Origin: a virus
Reading direction: 5' to 3' (one strand)
DNA: 64,000 bases
Virus record (IMG/VR): IMGVR_UViG_3300036804_000088
Span: 2,487 to 66,486 of that record
Shown here one piece after another: positions 1-10,297 of this stretch (positions are counted from its first letter, which is position 1; every line of letters starts with the position of its first letter). The notes beneath the pieces are model-generated. The model had not been told where the DNA came from and ran no database searches. It was given only the letters and a program-made list of their open reading frames with translations. Position numbers and translations under genes: made by a program.

Positions 1-1177
1 CGACTGCACACTAGAACGTATCGTGCGACTGTCGGAGTCCGGCATGAACGACGGCATGTGTGTGCCGGTGTCCAATGCGCCCAGCACCCGTGACGGTTCG
101 CGAACCACCTTCCAGCATTTCGATGAGCCGCACTGGCTGACGTTGCCGCTGCAAAAAGGTGCTGTGGAAACGATGCTGGAAAACCTGAGCAAACGCCAGC
201 TTGAAACCCCTTGGGCGCTTTACACATCCACGGCGGGCATGCCGGGTATGGGCAGTGTGCAGGAGGATGTGCGCGGCGAAGCGGAGCTGATCGACCAGGG
301 CAGAGCCCCGAACTCGTCACTGTTCTTTTTCGGTCGCTGGGCCAGCGACAAGCACGACGACCTGACGACAGTGGACAAGCGTGTTGAAGCGATTAAAGAG
401 GCTACCGGCCCGTTGGGGGAGTGGGGCAAGGGGCAGTTCGAGCGGATCGCGAAAGACTACGACCGTGTCGGCTGTGACCGAATGTATTGGGAGAGAGTTT
501 ATCTCAATCGCTGGCGCAAATCCGGTGCCGGTGCCTACGACATGGAGAAGGTGAAAACCCTTGTCCGAGAGAATGAATCAATTGCGCGAGGCAGCTTCGT
601 TACTGTGGGCTTCGATGGGGCACGTCGCAGGGACGCTACCGCCATTGTACTCACTGAGATACCAACAGGCCGACAGCAGATCGCCGGCCTGTGGGAACGT
701 CCAATTGATGCTGTCGATTGGGAATGTTCTACGGAAGATGTCGACGGCGTCATGCAGCAGGTCTTCAAAGACTACGACGTCTGGCGAGCCTACTGCGACC
801 CGCCCTATTACGTTGAGACAGTTGCTATTTGGTCTGGTAAGTGGCCGGATAAAGTAGTTGAGTGGTGGACGAACCAGCAGCGCAAAGCAGCCTACATGGC
901 ACGCGCTTACGGCGAAGCCATCGACGGGGACCAAATCCTGTTCGTCGGACCGCAATTGGACGCTTTCAGGCGACACATCAGCCACGCCGGCCGCAAGGAT
1001 TTGAAGATCACCGATGATCAGGGCAAACCGCTGTGGCATCTGCAAAAGCTGAACGGCTTGCCGCAGAACACATTCGATATCTGCATGGCCGGGAATCTGA
1101 GCTGGCAGGCACGCCTGGACGCTATCACAGCAGGCGCGAAGCCACGGCGGTTCGGTCCGCCACGCAGACTGTATTAG
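1..1177 (+). CDS. terL: Terminase large subunit, 5'-truncated by the window edge
   Basis: Frame is open back to base 2. Walker B-like FQHFDEPH, RNase H-like nuclease motif VGFDG, C-terminal D-x-C-M-A motif; lies upstream of portal. Confidence 0.9.
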   Translation, partial: DCTLERIVRLSESGMNDGMCVPVSNAPSTRDGSRTTFQHFDEPHWLTLPLQKGAVETMLENLSKRQLETPWALYTSTAGMPGMGSVQEDVRGEAELIDQGRAPNSSLFFFGRWASDKHDDLTTVDKRVEAIKEATGPLGEWGKGQFERIAKDYDRVGCDRMYWERVYLNRWRKSGAGAYDMEKVKTLVRENESIARGSFVTVGFDGARRRDATAIVLTEIPTGRQQIAGLWERPIDAVDWECSTEDVDGVMQQVFKDYDVWRAYCDPPYYVETVAIWSGKWPDKVVEWWTNQQRKAAYMARAYGEAIDGDQILFVGPQLDAFRRHISHAGRKDLKITDDQGKPLWHLQKLNGLPQNTFDICMAGNLSWQARLDAITAGAKPRRFGPPRRLY

Positions 1178-1186
1178 GAGGTTGAG

Positions 1187-1273
1187 ATGAACCCGAACTT
1201 CAACACGGTAGCTTTTCTGCTGTTGGTTTCCAACACGGTGATGCTTGTGCTGCTTTGCGCGCACCTGGTCTAA
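1187..1273 (+). CDS. 28-aa hydrophobic peptide (MNPNFNTVAFLLLVSNTVMLVLLCAHLV)
   Basis: Translated by hand. Strong AGGAGG RBS, fills the gap exactly, single TM-like stretch. Confidence 0.55.
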   Translation: MNPNFNTVAFLLLVSNTVMLVLLCAHLV

Positions 1274-1285
1274 AGGAGTTTTAAA

Positions 1286-1594
1286 ATGTCTGATGTCTTC
1301 AATGTGGTTGGTACATGGGACAAAGCGTCCTACAACCCTGGCGATACCATCACCGGCACCATTAGCGGCAACGATGTGCAAACCACCACAACCCCGGTTC
1401 AGGAGATCGTCGGCGTTTCGCTTCTGGCGGCTAACGGTGCCACCACCACCTACACGTTTCCGCCCGTGACGGTCAATACCGTTGTCGCAACACCGGAATC
1501 CGTGGTTATCGACACCACGCAACCGATTGTCGACAGCAGTGGTCACACCTGGCAAGTCTCACCAAATAAGCTGAGCATCACCAGAACCGCATGA
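1286..1594 (+). CDS. Small Thr/Val-rich beta-sandwich-like protein, possibly virion-associated
   Basis: AAGGAG RBS; ATGA overlap with the next gene; beta-rich composition. Confidence 0.65.
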   Translation: MSDVFNVVGTWDKASYNPGDTITGTISGNDVQTTTTPVQEIVGVSLLAANGATTTYTFPPVTVNTVVATPESVVIDTTQPIVDSSGHTWQVSPNKLSITRTA

Positions 1595-3180
1595 GCGTTC
1601 TCGTTCCGGTCATCTCAGCGGACGGGGCCAAATTTACTGTCCCGTTTTCTGACCCGATAGTTGCGGCTGGTGGGTTCCCTATTCCGCCGCCCGCTCCGTC
1701 ACCGACCGGCGCAGCATACTATGTCGCGGCGAATGGCAGCGACTCGAATAGCGGAACCTTACAGGCTCCGTGGCAGACAATATCCAAAGTCAACGCTATG
1801 GCGGCGCAGTTTCGTTTGGGCGACCAGGTGCTATTCAGGTCTGGTGACACATTCTATGGACGGCTGACTACTACAGGCGGACTTAACCCTAATGGCAGCC
1901 TGTTTCTGCTGTACGGCTCGTATGGCAGCGGCCAGCGGCCCATCCTGAGCCAGTACAAGGTGTGCAACATCGCCAGCGGATGGACCCTGGTCGGCACCAA
2001 TGTTTGGCGGCTCAACTACACCGCTGCGAATGTCGGCGTTAGTTATACGGGTGACCCGACCGGCGCGCTCGGTGTAGCGGGCTACGATGTTGGGTTCGTT
2101 AAGATCAACGGGGCCAATGACACTGGGCTGTCGCTCAAAGGGCAGATCTACGGTAACAAAAAATTCTCGACTGCCGCCCTGGCGCAACAGTGGGATTTTT
2201 ACTCAGATTTCAGCAACGGGCTGCTCTACATCTACTCCGTGGGTCGTCCGACATCGGCTGCTACCGATATCCGTATTGCGACGGGCGGATGGAGTGAGTA
2301 TCCAACTGTTTCCCCGACTTCCGGTATCTGCCTGCACAATCTGGCGTTTCACGGTAACGGTGGACATGCCGTTGATTGCGCCAATGTCAATTGGGTGCAG
2401 GTCATCAACAGCGTGATTGGCGAGTGCGGCGGCTCCCGACTGTATGTCAACAGCGGCGACACCACCACTTACGGCAACGGATTCTCCTTCGCCAATGTCA
2501 ATCAGATATTGGTAGCTGGCAATGTGATTCGGGACAACTACAACACCCCGTTTACTTTACAAGGCGGCGCGTTCTACAACAATGTCGTCTTCACAAAGAA
2601 CGTGATGTACCGAAACACTCAAGGCCCTGAATACGACTTCCAAGGCAGCGGGCCAGGTTTCACAAATTGCGTTGACCAGTACAACACCAGCATTTTCGAG
2701 GGCTATGGCTGGACGACTCAGGGCTCGCAGCTTGCGATCCAAAACCCTTGCCACCAACTGACTTACGAATGGGACATGACCGCGCCGCCACAGTTGGCTA
2801 TCAGCAAAAACGCCTACTACGACGCAGCGAAATGCTTCGCCTATTCATATTCACTGTCCACATCGTCGGCTATCGACAACGGATACAACTCGAAAAACAA
2901 CTGGATCGGCATGCGCAGCGGTGCGCTGATGCAGTCTGCCGATCAGGACATGAACTACACCATCGACAATCCGGCACCATGGGTGAGTCTCACTGGGCGA
3001 GAACAGGGTTCGAAATTCGCGGTGTTGGGTATCACGACACCTGCGCCGCCCGCGGCATCAACCACGGCTACCAACGCAGCTACCGACGCCCAAGTCACCG
3101 CAGCGCTGGCAGCGGTACGGTCAGCGGCACCCGCCTTTGGGATCGCCGGGTCCGGGCTGGCTGATCCGGTGCTGGTATGA
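1591..3180 (+). CDS. Right-handed parallel beta-helix (pectin lyase-like) protein
   Basis: N-terminal YYVAANGSDSNSGTLQAPWQTISKVN and GDQVLFRSGDTFYG motifs typical of beta-helix proteins; Asn-rich rungs. Confidence 0.75.
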   Translation: MSVLVPVISADGAKFTVPFSDPIVAAGGFPIPPPAPSPTGAAYYVAANGSDSNSGTLQAPWQTISKVNAMAAQFRLGDQVLFRSGDTFYGRLTTTGGLNPNGSLFLLYGSYGSGQRPILSQYKVCNIASGWTLVGTNVWRLNYTAANVGVSYTGDPTGALGVAGYDVGFVKINGANDTGLSLKGQIYGNKKFSTAALAQQWDFYSDFSNGLLYIYSVGRPTSAATDIRIATGGWSEYPTVSPTSGICLHNLAFHGNGGHAVDCANVNWVQVINSVIGECGGSRLYVNSGDTTTYGNGFSFANVNQILVAGNVIRDNYNTPFTLQGGAFYNNVVFTKNVMYRNTQGPEYDFQGSGPGFTNCVDQYNTSIFEGYGWTTQGSQLAIQNPCHQLTYEWDMTAPPQLAISKNAYYDAAKCFAYSYSLSTSSAIDNGYNSKNNWIGMRSGALMQSADQDMNYTIDNPAPWVSLTGREQGSKFAVLGITTPAPPAASTTATNAATDAQVTAALAAVRSAAPAFGIAGSGLADPVLV

Positions 3181-3338
3181 CCATTATCGGCAAGAGTCGG
3201 CTCAACCGGCACCGCTGCGAATTCTGCGGCTATCCGATCAAACGCGGAAAAGAATGCCGGAAAACAGGAGTCGACATGGCTGACTGCGCTCAAAGAGCTG
3301 TCCCGCCTGCGTTGCTGCGTGTGAAGGGCAGTAAATGA
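3177..3338 (+). CDS. 53-aa hypothetical protein with CxxC
   Basis: Translated by hand (MTIIGKSRLNRHRCEFCGY...). ATGA overlaps at both ends. Confidence 0.55.
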   Translation: MTIIGKSRLNRHRCEFCGYPIKRGKECRKTGVDMADCAQRAVPPALLRVKGSK

Positions 3339-4933
3339 CTGTCCCGATGACCACCAGCGGCATAGCGCCGATCCCGCCCGTCACAACCGATGATTGGCTG
3401 CGGGTGCTGACCAGGCGTATGGATCTGCGCCGGCTCGGTGTGCTGCTGCTGCGCAGCTACAGCGACGGAAACGCGCCGCTGCCCGAGATGTCGCGCGAGA
3501 CACGGCAGTCATGGATGTACTTTCAGCGCCGCTCGCGGACCAACTGGGGCAAGCTGATTATCGACAGCGTGGTAAACCGGGTCAAACCTATCGGAATCAC
3601 CATCGCCGGCGATAACGAATCAGCGGAAGCCAAGCAGGCGCAAGCTATTTGGCGTAACAGCCGAATGAACAGCGTCTTCAAGGAATGGCTGCGCTACGGG
3701 ACGACGTTCGGCCAGTCATATCTGACTGTGTGGACGCGCAACACCGGGCCGGATGCCGGTAAAACCATCATCACCGCCGACAGTCCCGAAACGATGATCG
3801 TTGTCACCGACCCGTTGCAGCATTGGAGACCCGTTGCGGCGCTGCGGGTGTGGCGCAATATGGACGAAGCCCGCGACTATGCCATCGTGTGGACACCCGG
3901 CGCGTGGCAGCAGTACGTCAGACCCACCTACACCCGCATTGAGCTGAAAATCATCCCCAGCAAATGGATTATCAACCTCGCCGAAGGCGCGTGGACACCC
4001 GTTGGACAGCCCAACGGGCAATCCAACGACGCCACGGCACCGATACCGGTCGTCGTCTACAACAATCCCGGCGGATCAGGTGATTACGAACTCCATTTGG
4101 ACGTCATCAACCGGGTGAACGCGGGAATCCTTGAGCGCCTCGTGGTTACAGCCATACAGGCATTCCGACAGCGGGCCATCACCGGCGGACAACTGCCCGA
4201 AGTTGACGAGCACGGGAATCGAATCAAGTACGAAGAGGTATTCGCCAACGCTCCCGGCGCACTGTGGAACCTGCCCGAAGGCTTAGAACTGTGGGAATCG
4301 CAGTTAGCCGACATTCCCGGTCTACTCAGCGCGAACAAAGAGGACATCCGCCAACTTTCGGCGGCGACAAGCACACCGCTGCCCATGCTGATGCCCGACA
4401 ACACCAACACGTCGGCGGAAGGCGCGAAAGCCACCGAAGCGGCCTACCTGTTCCGGTGCATGGACCGGCTGGACGAAGCCAAGTTCGGCATCGAAAGCTG
4501 CATGGACCTCGCGATGAGAGTGGACGGCGCGACACTGGCCGATGACCAGTTCGTGGAAGTGCAATTCAAAGATCCGCAGCTCATCACCCTCACTGAGAAG
4601 TATCAGGCGGCGCTAGGTGCTCACAACTGCGGTGAGTCGTGGCATTCCATTGAGCGAAACATTCTCGGCTATAGCCCTGATCAGATCGCGCAAGATGATA
4701 TCGACCGGGCGCATGAAGCCCTCATGGCTGCGACGATGCCGCCGCTGCCCACAACGGTGCAAGAGCGCCTGACCGGGCAGGCACCGGGTGCTGGCCCGAT
4801 GACCGACGTTCAGACGCAGACCGGCCCGAAGCCCAACGGGCAGCAGCCGCAGCCCAAACCGTCCAGCCCGGCGCAGAACACCAAAAAAGTTGCCATGACC
4901 AACGGCGGCACGCAGCCCGGCGGACGAAAATAG
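3335..4933 (+). CDS. Portal protein (SPP1 gp6-like)
   Basis: RTNWGKLIIDSV, IWRNSRM, QAFRQRAI and PGALW motifs of actinophage portals; synteny. Confidence 0.9.
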   Translation: MTVPMTTSGIAPIPPVTTDDWLRVLTRRMDLRRLGVLLLRSYSDGNAPLPEMSRETRQSWMYFQRRSRTNWGKLIIDSVVNRVKPIGITIAGDNESAEAKQAQAIWRNSRMNSVFKEWLRYGTTFGQSYLTVWTRNTGPDAGKTIITADSPETMIVVTDPLQHWRPVAALRVWRNMDEARDYAIVWTPGAWQQYVRPTYTRIELKIIPSKWIINLAEGAWTPVGQPNGQSNDATAPIPVVVYNNPGGSGDYELHLDVINRVNAGILERLVVTAIQAFRQRAITGGQLPEVDEHGNRIKYEEVFANAPGALWNLPEGLELWESQLADIPGLLSANKEDIRQLSAATSTPLPMLMPDNTNTSAEGAKATEAAYLFRCMDRLDEAKFGIESCMDLAMRVDGATLADDQFVEVQFKDPQLITLTEKYQAALGAHNCGESWHSIERNILGYSPDQIAQDDIDRAHEALMAATMPPLPTTVQERLTGQAPGAGPMTDVQTQTGPKPNGQQPQPKPSSPAQNTKKVAMTNGGTQPGGRK

Positions 4934-6151
4934 TTGATAACGCCCTTTTCCCAGACATATCAGCGGGTAAAGGGTCACGCTGACCAGCAGACGCAGCAGA
5001 TCTTCGGCAACACCGCTGACCCCGCCGCTGCGGCGGACTGGACACCGGAGTATGTCGAAACGCAGGCAAGCATTATCGGGCAGATCATAGAAGCTGCGCA
5101 GATGGTTGTCGGCAATCTGACCACCGTCGACCTGGCCCGCAAACTGCGCAGCAGGCCGGTAGCGGTCAAGTCGTTGATCACGCAGCGCGATACCGGTATT
5201 GCGAAACACGAAGAGTATCAACGCCCCTACTGGGAAGTCGTCAAAGCTGTTCGTGACGGCAAGGATCACCAGCAGGCGCACCAGGCGGGTGTACGGCGGT
5301 TGAGCCAGCTCACCGACACCGACCTGCAAATGGCCAAGGTACGGCAGGCGCAGATATCGCTACAGGCCGCTGGCCGCAAAACATACCGGCGGGTGACCAC
5401 CAGCGACAACCCGTGCGCGCTGTGCGAGATCGCTGCAACTCAAATCTATTACACCGATGACCTGATGCCGATCCACGCCAACTGTTCCTGCGACATCGAA
5501 GAGGACGACACCGGCGACGACCAGGCGGCGGCAGATGCCGACTTTCAACCGCCCGACGTCAACCGGGACATCGACCAGAAAAAAGACATCACCGACCTGA
5601 ACGAAAACGGCGCTCCCGCACAAGACTACCGAGATTTGATCAGCGTGCGGCAACACGGCGAGGTCGGTCCCATGCTGACATGGCGCGGCCAGCATTTCAC
5701 CGGGCCGAAAGATCTACCGGAACCGATCACCGAAATGCGCAAGCAACGCCAGCTCGCCACGATGAGTAAGCAGTTGGCCAGGGCGCAGGAACGCGGAGCG
5801 CGCGGCAGCGTTGTCCCGTTCTATAACCAGCGTGGCCGGCCCATGACAATCGAAGAGGTCAACCAGCGCAATACGGCAGCCCGCGAACAATACCGGCGCA
5901 GAGCAGCCGAACGGGCCGACATCCGTGACACTGTCACCGCGGCGCGGCAGACTGCGGAAGCCCAGCGCGAACTACTCACCACTATTGCGACCGACCATGT
6001 GACGACCGTGCGCGACATTATCGATCAACTTGCCGGTGGCGCAATCACTTTCGACGCTGCACTAGACCGCGTTCGCGCGATGGTGGCAGACCAGGAAATA
6101 ACAGACGAGCAGGCCGCGCAAATCTACGCGGCGCTGTCCCGTGTGAAATAG
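4934..6151 (+). CDS. Capsid maturation / MuF-like minor head protein
   Basis: YRRV...CALC...PIHANCSC motif; located between portal and scaffold. Confidence 0.7.
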   Translation: MITPFSQTYQRVKGHADQQTQQIFGNTADPAAAADWTPEYVETQASIIGQIIEAAQMVVGNLTTVDLARKLRSRPVAVKSLITQRDTGIAKHEEYQRPYWEVVKAVRDGKDHQQAHQAGVRRLSQLTDTDLQMAKVRQAQISLQAAGRKTYRRVTTSDNPCALCEIAATQIYYTDDLMPIHANCSCDIEEDDTGDDQAAADADFQPPDVNRDIDQKKDITDLNENGAPAQDYRDLISVRQHGEVGPMLTWRGQHFTGPKDLPEPITEMRKQRQLATMSKQLARAQERGARGSVVPFYNQRGRPMTIEEVNQRNTAAREQYRRRAAERADIRDTVTAARQTAEAQRELLTTIATDHVTTVRDIIDQLAGGAITFDAALDRVRAMVADQEITDEQAAQIYAALSRVK

Positions 6152-6205
6152 CTTGTCCCGCAGCGGACGGAAATTTAGCTGCATTGCTAAAAGTAGGAGA
6201 ACCAA

Positions 6206-6895
6206 ATGTCAAGCCCAACAGGGGATACTGCGCAGCAGGACATCCCCATCACTGTGACCCCTTCACCACTCGACATGCCCGGCGCGAAAGCGATAATGAA
6301 CCCGCCTGTCGAGACCATGAAAGCACCTGCGACGATGCCGGTAGCACCGAAGTCGGACACCAAAGCGCCCGAGAGCGCTTCGACTTCGGCTGTCGACCTT
6401 GACGAACTGCAAGCGAAATACAAAGGTGTTCAAGAGATTGCCCGCAAGTTTGAGCAAGCGGCCAAAGAGAACACCGCCGACGCAGAACGTTACCGCACAC
6501 TGGTGCAACAGATCTCAGGCAAAAGCGATGCCCCGCCTGATCCCATGGCTGCAATTCAACAGTTGCAGACAGAGATCGAACAGGAGCGCACAGAACGTGT
6601 CCGCGAGCGCATAGCCCGTGAGACCGGTGTGCCGCCCAGCCAGATCCGTGGTGATGATGAGACATCCATGAAATCGTCCGCTGATGAGGCGCTTGCATGG
6701 GCACAGAGCATGGCGAAACAGTCCGGTGTGCCGATGGCGGCACCGGCTGAGACCGTGAACAGTTCGACGCCAGCACATCAGACAGGTGTGCAGCAGATCA
6801 GATCACGGGATGAACTAAAAGGCATGTCTTCTCAGGAGATCATGCGGGCATACAACGAAGGACGCCTGGATTATCTCCAAGGCAAAGCTCAATAA
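6206..6895 (+). CDS. Scaffolding protein
   Basis: AGGAG RBS; coiled-coil; ETGVP...IRGDDE motif; C-terminal IMRAYNEGRLD; directly before the major capsid gene. Confidence 0.8.
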   Translation: MSSPTGDTAQQDIPITVTPSPLDMPGAKAIMNPPVETMKAPATMPVAPKSDTKAPESASTSAVDLDELQAKYKGVQEIARKFEQAAKENTADAERYRTLVQQISGKSDAPPDPMAAIQQLQTEIEQERTERVRERIARETGVPPSQIRGDDETSMKSSADEALAWAQSMAKQSGVPMAAPAETVNSSTPAHQTGVQQIRSRDELKGMSSQEIMRAYNEGRLDYLQGKAQ

Positions 6896-6910
6896 AATTA
6901 GGAGCGACTA

Positions 6911-7765
6911 ATGTCGATCACCCATTTTATCCCAGAACTCTGGGCTGCATCCATGCTCGAATTGTGGGTGGCCCAAAACGTTTTCCCCAGCCTGGTCAAC
7001 CGCGAATATGAGGGCTTGGCCACCAAAGGCAACCAGGTTGCAATCACCGGTGTTGTCATCCCCGTTGTCCACGACTACGCGGCAGCCGGACGGCAGACCA
7101 CGCCGGATCACATCTCCGACACCGGACTGACGCTGACGATCAACCAGATGAAGTCAACTGACTTCCTAGTGGACGACGTCGACCGCGCACAGTCCGCCGG
7201 TTCGCTGACCCCCTACACCGACGCAGCGGCCTACGCCATGGTTGCCGACACCGACCAGTTTATCGCAAACATGCTGGTCGCCAATGGAACCCCGCTGATC
7301 CCGACAGGCGTCACCGACACGTGGGCACCCGGTGGCATCGGCACCCTGACCGGTAACGACGCCTTCAACCTGGTCAAAGACGCCAGAAAGCAGCTCAACA
7401 AAGCCAACGTCCCGCCGGACAACCGCGTCTGTGTGGTCAACGCGGAAATGGAAGGCTTGCTGTTAGGCGCGGACTCCAAGCTGACGGCGTTCAACATCGC
7501 CGGTGACACTGACGGTCTGCGCAACGCGACTATCGGCCAGCTCTTGGCGATGAGAATCGTTGTGTCCAACCACCTTCCGGCCGTCAACGAACCGCAGTTC
7601 GTGTGCTACAACATGCGCGGCGCGGCCTTCGTCAGCCAGATCGATGAAGTGGAAGCACTGCGCGACGTCAACAGCTTCTCGGACCGTGTACGTGCCCTGC
7701 ACGTCTACGGTGGCCTAGTGGTTCGTCCCACTGGCGTGGTGGTTTACAACCCCGCCGGAAGCTAA
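6911..7765 (+). CDS. Major capsid protein
   Basis: MSITHFIPELW, VNREYEG, FLVDDVD and DRVRALHVYG resemble mycobacteriophage capsid proteins. Confidence 0.9.
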   Translation: MSITHFIPELWAASMLELWVAQNVFPSLVNREYEGLATKGNQVAITGVVIPVVHDYAAAGRQTTPDHISDTGLTLTINQMKSTDFLVDDVDRAQSAGSLTPYTDAAAYAMVADTDQFIANMLVANGTPLIPTGVTDTWAPGGIGTLTGNDAFNLVKDARKQLNKANVPPDNRVCVVNAEMEGLLLGADSKLTAFNIAGDTDGLRNATIGQLLAMRIVVSNHLPAVNEPQFVCYNMRGAAFVSQIDEVEALRDVNSFSDRVRALHVYGGLVVRPTGVVVYNPAGS

Positions 7766-7770
7766 CGAAC

Positions 7771-8466
7771 ATGCCAGTGCCGGAACTGAAGCCGTTGGCG
7801 CAGGCAGCCGACGTACTGACAGCCCTGGGATTTCGGGGCGACGATGTCAGCGTGCTGCCTGTGTCAATGCAGGTCCGCATGCCAACGACCCTGTCAAGGG
7901 TATCGCGGCGCTTTCGCAAAGAGGCTCAGCGAATCTTCACGCCCGGCACCTACACGCACACACTCAACATCCGCAACGGGTTCACCAGGCTCATGGAGAT
8001 CCCCAATGCCGTTGAGTCCGTGCAGATTCACGGCTTCGACCCCGTCATGGCGCTCAACCAGCCGCCGCCGCCCGAATTTCCACCGATGCCGCAATGGACG
8101 GTGGAAGAGCAATGGTTACACTGGACGGACTGGGATTTCTGGCAGCTCAGTGGCAAAAACGTTGACGTCACCTACTCCTGGGGCACACCGGTGCCAACCG
8201 ATGTTGTCGCTTCGGTCGCTGACATCACCGCACGCAACCTGACCGTCGACCCCATGGGCGCGCTGCGTCAGTCAAAGCTGCTGATGTCACGACACTTCCG
8301 GCAAGAGGTAGCGGATTGGGTGATGAGCGGTGACTGCGGTTTCACCAAAGCGGACATCGCCGAGGCGCAGTCTTATCGATACCCGCTGCCACCGGCCATC
8401 ATCGCGACTATCAAGCAGTTTGATATGTCGCCGTCGTCGGCGTTCCTGGCGGACACGTCATGGTGA
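7771..8466 (+). CDS. Head-to-tail adaptor
   Basis: LAQAADV, FRKEAQRIFTPG and VTYSWG..VP.DV motifs; synteny. Confidence 0.75.
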   Translation: MPVPELKPLAQAADVLTALGFRGDDVSVLPVSMQVRMPTTLSRVSRRFRKEAQRIFTPGTYTHTLNIRNGFTRLMEIPNAVESVQIHGFDPVMALNQPPPPEFPPMPQWTVEEQWLHWTDWDFWQLSGKNVDVTYSWGTPVPTDVVASVADITARNLTVDPMGALRQSKLLMSRHFRQEVADWVMSGDCGFTKADIAEAQSYRYPLPPAIIATIKQFDMSPSSAFLADTSW

Positions 8467-8879
8467 TGCCGTATGTGCCGTTCACCCCGTGGATGGCCAC
8501 GCCCTATCAGGTGCCGTGGTTCAAATGGAACGGCGGCGCAGACGATCCGGTGACCGGTAACACTGTCGACTCATGGGCCAGCCCTGTCCTGCAATGGGTT
8601 CAGGGGTGGGACATCCTTGACAGTGAGCTACTGCCGGCCATGGAGACTGAGCAGAAATTCTCCATGTTCCTGATGGTGCCCCCGAACGTCTGGCCAAGCA
8701 TCCGCGACAGGTTCGGCTTCCCGACACCGGCCAACGGAATGGTCATACCCACAACGCTCACAGATTCAACCGGGCGCGTTATGCCGGGGATCTTCGAAGT
8801 GACCGGCCACGACATAGAAGTGTTCGGCTTCACCAACTGGCAGCCAGGCAACATTGTGCTGCTGAAAGATGTTGTGTGA
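8460..8879 (+). CDS. Head-to-tail stopper
   Basis: D..GN...SW, DRF, FEVTG and F..WQPG motifs; synteny. Confidence 0.7.
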   Translation: MVMPYVPFTPWMATPYQVPWFKWNGGADDPVTGNTVDSWASPVLQWVQGWDILDSELLPAMETEQKFSMFLMVPPNVWPSIRDRFGFPTPANGMVIPTTLTDSTGRVMPGIFEVTGHDIEVFGFTNWQPGNIVLLKDVV

Positions 8880-9228
8880 CATGGTCGTCAACGGTCGCAG
8901 CGAATTCCATTTCAATATAGAGGGTTGGCGTCAGATCGAACGGGAAGTGGTCATCAAGTGGAGCCGTCCTACCGCCGAGAAGATAGCCGCCAAATGCAAC
9001 GATGAGTCCGCTGCCGCAGAGCATCCCGGCACTTATCACGGCGAGCCGACCACCGACGCGGAGAAACGCGGCTACCGGGCAGGAACCCAGACTGAGGATC
9101 GTGTCGGCTGGCAACTGCATAAACGGTTCTACCGCGCCACCGTCGTCACAGCGACGGAACCGGCCATGGCCGACAATGCTCGTCATAACCGGCTGATCAA
9201 CAATCTGCACATCGCGGAATCCGAATGA
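8869..9228 (+). CDS. Neck-region virion protein
   Basis: RATVVTAT..AMADNARHNRL motif typical of this gene position in actinophages. Confidence 0.65.
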   Translation: MLCDMVVNGRSEFHFNIEGWRQIEREVVIKWSRPTAEKIAAKCNDESAAAEHPGTYHGEPTTDAEKRGYRAGTQTEDRVGWQLHKRFYRATVVTATEPAMADNARHNRLINNLHIAESE

Positions 9229-9650
9229 CGTTCCCAACACCGCAATTCGGGTACTACGACTATTCGGCGGTAGTGATTCGCGACTACCTGCTGACCAGGG
9301 TTCCATCGCAGTATGAGGTAACCACCCTGGTTCCCAACCCCCGACCGGCCCTACTGATCGTCGTTCGGACCGCGCCGACCAGCGGCGGGATGAATCCCGT
9401 ACTTTCCAAGCGTCGAAACATCATCTGGTGCTACGACCTGTCGGAAGTTCAGGCAGTCCAGACGGGTGAATACGTTCGCGGATATCTGTATGAGGCGATG
9501 TATCAGCCGGGCAGCGGAATTCGGGACACACGGATCGTTGGGGAGCCGTGCTATTTTCCCGATCCCGACGACCCGGCGAAAACTCCAAGAGCGCAGCTCA
9601 CGGTAGACGTTCTGTTACGCGCCAGGAAAGTTCAAAATCTTGGCTCTTGA
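9225..9650 (+). CDS. Tail terminator
   Basis: VPNPRP and FPDPD..RAQLT motifs; directly before the major tail gene. Confidence 0.75.
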   Translation: MTFPTPQFGYYDYSAVVIRDYLLTRVPSQYEVTTLVPNPRPALLIVVRTAPTSGGMNPVLSKRRNIIWCYDLSEVQAVQTGEYVRGYLYEAMYQPGSGIRDTRIVGEPCYFPDPDDPAKTPRAQLTVDVLLRARKVQNLGS

Positions 9651-9670
9651 TTACCTTGGAGGTAATTGAC

Positions 9671-10297
9671 ATGAGTTTCAACGAAAACAACATCTACAAC
9701 GCTGAACCGCTGGCAACCGGCGTGTGCTTCGTTTCCCCTATCGGAACCCCGCTGCCGGTCGACGCTCAGACCCTAATTACCACAGTCAGCCCATTGTGGG
9801 TGGATCTGGGGTACACCGGTGTCGACGGGTTCGTGGAAAAGAACGACCGCCGAATCGACCTGAAGCGGTCCTTCGGCGGCAAGGTCGTCAAGACACTTCA
9901 GACGGAATACAATGCGACACTTGACTTCACGTTCATGGAGTCGCTGAACGCCAACGTCTTGAAGGCTGTCTTCGGTTCGACCAACGTCGTCGTCACCCCG
10001 GCTACCAACCTGCACGGCAATCAGGTTCAGGTGTTCAAAAACAGCCGCAAGCTGCCTCACCAGTGCTGGTGCATCGACACCTACGATGACGCTCTCGGGT
10101 CCACGTCGATCATCAACCCGCTGAACGCCAAGTACCGCAACGTCGTTCCCAACGGGCAGATCATCACCGTCGCGGAGATCAAAGTAGTCCACACCGATGT
10201 TATCGAATACAAGGTGAGCCTGGAATGCTTCGAATCCCCCGCCGGGATGGACAACATCGTCACCTACACCGACGACGGTATGCACCTTGGGTCGTAA
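9671..10297 (+). CDS. Major tail (tube) protein
   Basis: Start moved to MSFNENN (GGAGG RBS). PIGTPLP, DLGY..DG, FGGKVV and VPNGQI motifs. Confidence 0.85.
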   Translation: MSFNENNIYNAEPLATGVCFVSPIGTPLPVDAQTLITTVSPLWVDLGYTGVDGFVEKNDRRIDLKRSFGGKVVKTLQTEYNATLDFTFMESLNANVLKAVFGSTNVVVTPATNLHGNQVQVFKNSRKLPHQCWCIDTYDDALGSTSIINPLNAKYRNVVPNGQIITVAEIKVVHTDVIEYKVSLECFESPAGMDNIVTYTDDGMHLGS

